From Minisyncoccota bacterium (GTDB lineage: Bacteria; Patescibacteriota; Minisyncoccia; Phycocordibacterales; UBA9973): 64,000 bases of DNA. The notes under the pieces were generated by a model. The model was given only the letters and a program-made list of their open reading frames with translations. It was not told the DNA's origin and made no database searches. Shown here piece by piece: positions 61,082-64,000 of the stretch; within the stretch, counting starts at the first letter, position 1; every line of letters starts with the position of its first letter. The stretch lies in contig JBAZQY010000002.1 in NCBI GenBank assembly GCA_041663185.1, positions 74,629 to 138,628 on the forward strand. Reading direction: 5' to 3'. The position numbers and the translations under genes are program-made.

Positions 61082-63433
61082 ATGGAATCAAAAAAAATAG
61101 AATTTTTTAATAAGTTATCATTTTCAATTTTTCTTTTAACCATATTTCTGTGCTTTTTTTTCTTTGTGCCCAATACTTTAGTGGGGTTGGATGCCAGTAA
61201 AGGATTTATATTGTCAATTGGCATGACCCTGTCTCTATTTTTTTGGTTGGTTTCCAGATTGGGTGATGGAAAATTTGTAATTCCCAAAGACAAATTACTT
61301 TTATTTGCTGGAATTGTACCATTAGTATTTCTTATTTCATCATTCTTTTCTTATTCTTTCTACTCCTCACTTTTTGGTAATGGTTTTGAAATAGGAACAT
61401 TTGGAAGTATGTTGATACTTTTTATTGTTTTATTTTTATCTTCCATTTACTTTCAATCAGAAAAACGTTTGTGGTATTTTCTCGGAACCGTATTTATAGG
61501 AGGGTTGATTATTGTTGTGTTTGAATTAATCAACATAATATTTATTGGTTTAAATTTTGCTTTACCAAGTTTTTTGGGCTTAAATGCCGATAATCTTGTG
61601 GGGGATTGGGGTAATTTTGCTTTACTGATGGGAATTATGGTTTTGCTTTCTCTCTTTACTATTGAATTATTAAAAACCAGACGTTTAGTTAAAATAATTC
61701 AATATATTTTGTTAATTTTGGGTATTTTGTTTCTTGTAATGGTCAATATTTCCTGGATTTGGTTATTAGTAGGATTGTTTGCCGTAATTATTTTTGTTTA
61801 TATTTTTTCTATTCAACGTTCGGGGGTCAAAATTATTCAAGATGGAGGAGAAAAAAGTAAATTCCCATTGACTTCTCTGGTTGTTATTTTTATTTCTTTA
61901 ATATTTTTAATTGGTAGTAATTTAACGAGTAATTTTCTTTCGAATTATATAAGTATTAACACTTCGGAAATTCGCCCATCTATTGTGACCACATCTAAAA
62001 TTGCCTACAAATCACTTCTACACAATCCACTTTTAGGAACTGGTCCAAATACTTTTGTAATTGATTGGGCACTTTGGCAACCGAAAGAAATAGCCCAAAC
62101 AGTTTTTTGGAATGTTGACTTTACAAATGGATTTAGTTTGCTCGCTACTTTTGCCGTAACCACCGGCTTACTAGGAGTTATTTCTCTATTGTTGCTATTT
62201 ATTGTTTATCTTGCTAGAAGTATACAGTCAATCAGAGTAGCTTTACGTGATACTCTCTCGAATTATTTTATCATTACTATTTTAATGATTTCTTTATATT
62301 CATGGATTACGATTATATTTTTTAATCCTAATATTACATTATTAATGTTGGCTTTTTCTTCTAGTGGTATTTTGGTGGGTATCCTAGTTAGCAAAAATGC
62401 GATTCCAGCCAAAGAATATTCTTTTTTATCTGATCCTCGTAACAATTTTCTGTCTATTTTAGGAATACTCTCCTTGATGATTTTTGCAGTTTTTTTAACT
62501 TATGTTTATGTGGAAAAATTTACTTCAGTCATATACTTTTCTAAGGGTTTATCAAATCAAAACACAATTGAATCTTTAGCTCATTCAGAAAAAATGTTTT
62601 TAAAAGCAATAGCTCTAGATAAAAATGATGCATATTATCGTTCCTTATCTCAGATATATGTTAATCAAATAAGTATTTTAATCACTGATAAAACATTATC
62701 GCCAGATATATTAAAATCAAATTTACAACAATTAATTTTCCAAGCTGAGAATTCAGCTAACTTAGCGATAGAACAAAATAAAAAACAATACCTAAACTAT
62801 ATTAATCTTGGAGATATTTATAGTTCTTTGGTTCCATTATCAGTTGAAAACAGTTACGAACGAGCTGTCTCGGCTTATAACAAGGCATTAACTCTTGCCC
62901 CCAACAATCCATCTATTCCTTTAGCTCGGGCTACTTTGGAATTTATAAATAAAGATAATAGTGAAGCAAGAAAATTTATTAAACAATCGCTTGATTTAAA
63001 ACGAAATTACATTGATGCTATTTTTCTTTTAGTTCAAATTGAAACAAATGAAGGTAATCTACCTGAGGCAATTAAACAAGCTGAATACGCTGGTGAGATG
63101 GCTCCCAATGATGAAACAGTCTTCTTTAGATTAGGGCTACTGCGTTATTATAATAGTAATTATAATGGAGCAATTAGCGCTTTTGAAAAAGCTGTTATTC
63201 TTAATAATGGTTATTTGAATGCTCGTTTTTTCCTTGGACAATCATACAAAAAAGTGGGAAGAACCAATGATGCCTTAACGCAATTTAATATTTTAAATAA
63301 AATTATTCCTGATAATCAAGAAATAAAAAATGCAATCAATTCAATAAGTGAACCAACTAGTGTTACCGGTGAAGCAACAGATCATACCGCAGACTCACAA
63401 CTCAAGCCACCTCTAGAAGAGAAAAATAATTAA
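61082..63433 (+). CDS. Large polytopic membrane protein with C-terminal TPR repeats (O-antigen ligase / Wzy_C-like glycosyltransferase-type).
   Basis: It has about 12 TM helices. The periplasmic loop is HNPLLGTGPNTF. The C-terminus is TPR-like (AYYRSLSQIY..., YERAVSAYNKALTLAPNN, AISAFEKAVILNNGY). Confidence 0.45.
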   Translation: MESKKIEFFNKLSFSIFLLTIFLCFFFFVPNTLVGLDASKGFILSIGMTLSLFFWLVSRLGDGKFVIPKDKLLLFAGIVPLVFLISSFFSYSFYSSLFGNGFEIGTFGSMLILFIVLFLSSIYFQSEKRLWYFLGTVFIGGLIIVVFELINIIFIGLNFALPSFLGLNADNLVGDWGNFALLMGIMVLLSLFTIELLKTRRLVKIIQYILLILGILFLVMVNISWIWLLVGLFAVIIFVYIFSIQRSGVKIIQDGGEKSKFPLTSLVVIFISLIFLIGSNLTSNFLSNYISINTSEIRPSIVTTSKIAYKSLLHNPLLGTGPNTFVIDWALWQPKEIAQTVFWNVDFTNGFSLLATFAVTTGLLGVISLLLLFIVYLARSIQSIRVALRDTLSNYFIITILMISLYSWITIIFFNPNITLLMLAFSSSGILVGILVSKNAIPAKEYSFLSDPRNNFLSILGILSLMIFAVFLTYVYVEKFTSVIYFSKGLSNQNTIESLAHSEKMFLKAIALDKNDAYYRSLSQIYVNQISILITDKTLSPDILKSNLQQLIFQAENSANLAIEQNKKQYLNYINLGDIYSSLVPLSVENSYERAVSAYNKALTLAPNNPSIPLARATLEFINKDNSEARKFIKQSLDLKRNYIDAIFLLVQIETNEGNLPEAIKQAEYAGEMAPNDETVFFRLGLLRYYNSNYNGAISAFEKAVILNNGYLNARFFLGQSYKKVGRTNDALTQFNILNKIIPDNQEIKNAINSISEPTSVTGEATDHTADSQLKPPLEEKNN

Positions 63434-63449
63434 TATATAAATTATAGTA

Positions 63450-64000
63450 ATGGTCAATCGCATTATAACATTTCTTAATAAAGAATTTCGTGGAGTTAAT
63501 GAAGCCGCCTTATTGCTTGGCGGTTTTGCTTTTCTTTCACAACTATTAGGGCTTGTTAGAGATAGAATGTTGGCTCACATTGTGGGCGCAGGGCCAATGT
63601 TGGATATTTATTATGCAGCATTTAGAATTCCAGATTTTTTGTATATATCAATAGCATCTCTGGCTTCAGTTACAGTCCTGATGCCATTTTTGGTGGATAA
63701 AATAAATAATGATAATAATACTTCAAATAAAGCACGAGCATTTATGAATAATATTTTTAGTGCTTATATGTTATTCATGGCTATTACTAGTGTGATTATA
63801 ATTATTTTTATGCCGTATTTTGTTTCTCTAATTGCCCCGGGGTTTAATGAATCACAGACTAATTTATTAATTACAACCAGTCGGATAATGTTGCTCTCGC
63901 CGATTTTTATTGGCTTGTCAAATCTAATTGGAACAGTTACTCAACTCTTTAGGAATTTTCTTATTTTTTCACTTTCTCCAATATTTTACAATATAGGTAT
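63450..64000 (+). CDS. murJ: Lipid II flippase MurJ (MviN), 5' part. It continues beyond the window.
   Basis: LLLGGFAFLSQLLGLVRDRMLAHIVGAGPMLDIYYAAFRIPDFLY is the MurJ N-terminal signature. Confidence 0.7.
   Translation, partial: MVNRIITFLNKEFRGVNEAALLLGGFAFLSQLLGLVRDRMLAHIVGAGPMLDIYYAAFRIPDFLYISIASLASVTVLMPFLVDKINNDNNTSNKARAFMNNIFSAYMLFMAITSVIIIIFMPYFVSLIAPGFNESQTNLLITTSRIMLLSPIFIGLSNLIGTVTQLFRNFLIFSLSPIFYNIG

Overview
This is a low-GC (about one third GC) window that looks like a Candidate Phyla Radiation / Patescibacteria-type genome. It is dense with short genes, has many small hypothetical membrane proteins, a short UvrC, a lamin-tail-domain (LTD) surface protein and an HTH-MurA fusion. 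The core content is housekeeping: a proS 3' end, mreB and mreC, a frameshifted tgt, uvrB, uvrA, uvrC, ddl, an L-threonine 3-dehydrogenase-like gene, sppA, an NRAMP transporter, a Pif1-like helicase, a family-4 uracil-DNA glycosylase (UDG), murA, murB, alr, rpmG, miaA, ychF, tsaC, leuS and a murJ 5' end, plus tRNA-Ala, tRNA-Leu and tRNA-Trp.

Two things stand out.

(1) A defence island at about 17.9-28.7 kb. A type I restriction-modification (R-M) operon (hsdM-hsdS-hsdR) has passenger genes embedded in it: a DinD/Bro-N-like gene and a DUF4263 (Shedu-like) PD-(D/E)xK nuclease between hsdM and hsdS, and an unknown 272-aa protein between hsdS and hsdR. It is flanked by a GIY-YIG/DUF4357 nuclease upstream and an M48 peptidase plus a small PD-(D/E)xK-like protein downstream.

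(2) A superfamily of GC-rich structured repeat elements. There are 11 copies in three related subfamilies, here called A, B and C (my labels, not established names). Each has a conserved core of about 30-48 bp flanked by 15-27-bp inverted-repeat arms whose sequence differs between copies. Seven copies sit inside essential or conserved genes (uvrA twice, uvrB, uvrC, murB, leuS and the NRAMP gene) without breaking the reading frame. For subfamilies A and B the genic copies always use the same frame and orientation. One copy carries a nested palindromic insertion, and the small inner hairpin shows compensatory substitutions between copies. This resembles Rickettsia palindromic elements, but the copy-specific stems are unusual.

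Other points are an ArsR-type regulator with four near-perfect palindromic operators, one of which precedes a duplicated 5' fragment of acyP; two paralogous type IV coupling-protein-like ATPases; and candidate leaderless promoters.

All calls rest on motif recognition from the translations. No database searches were run.
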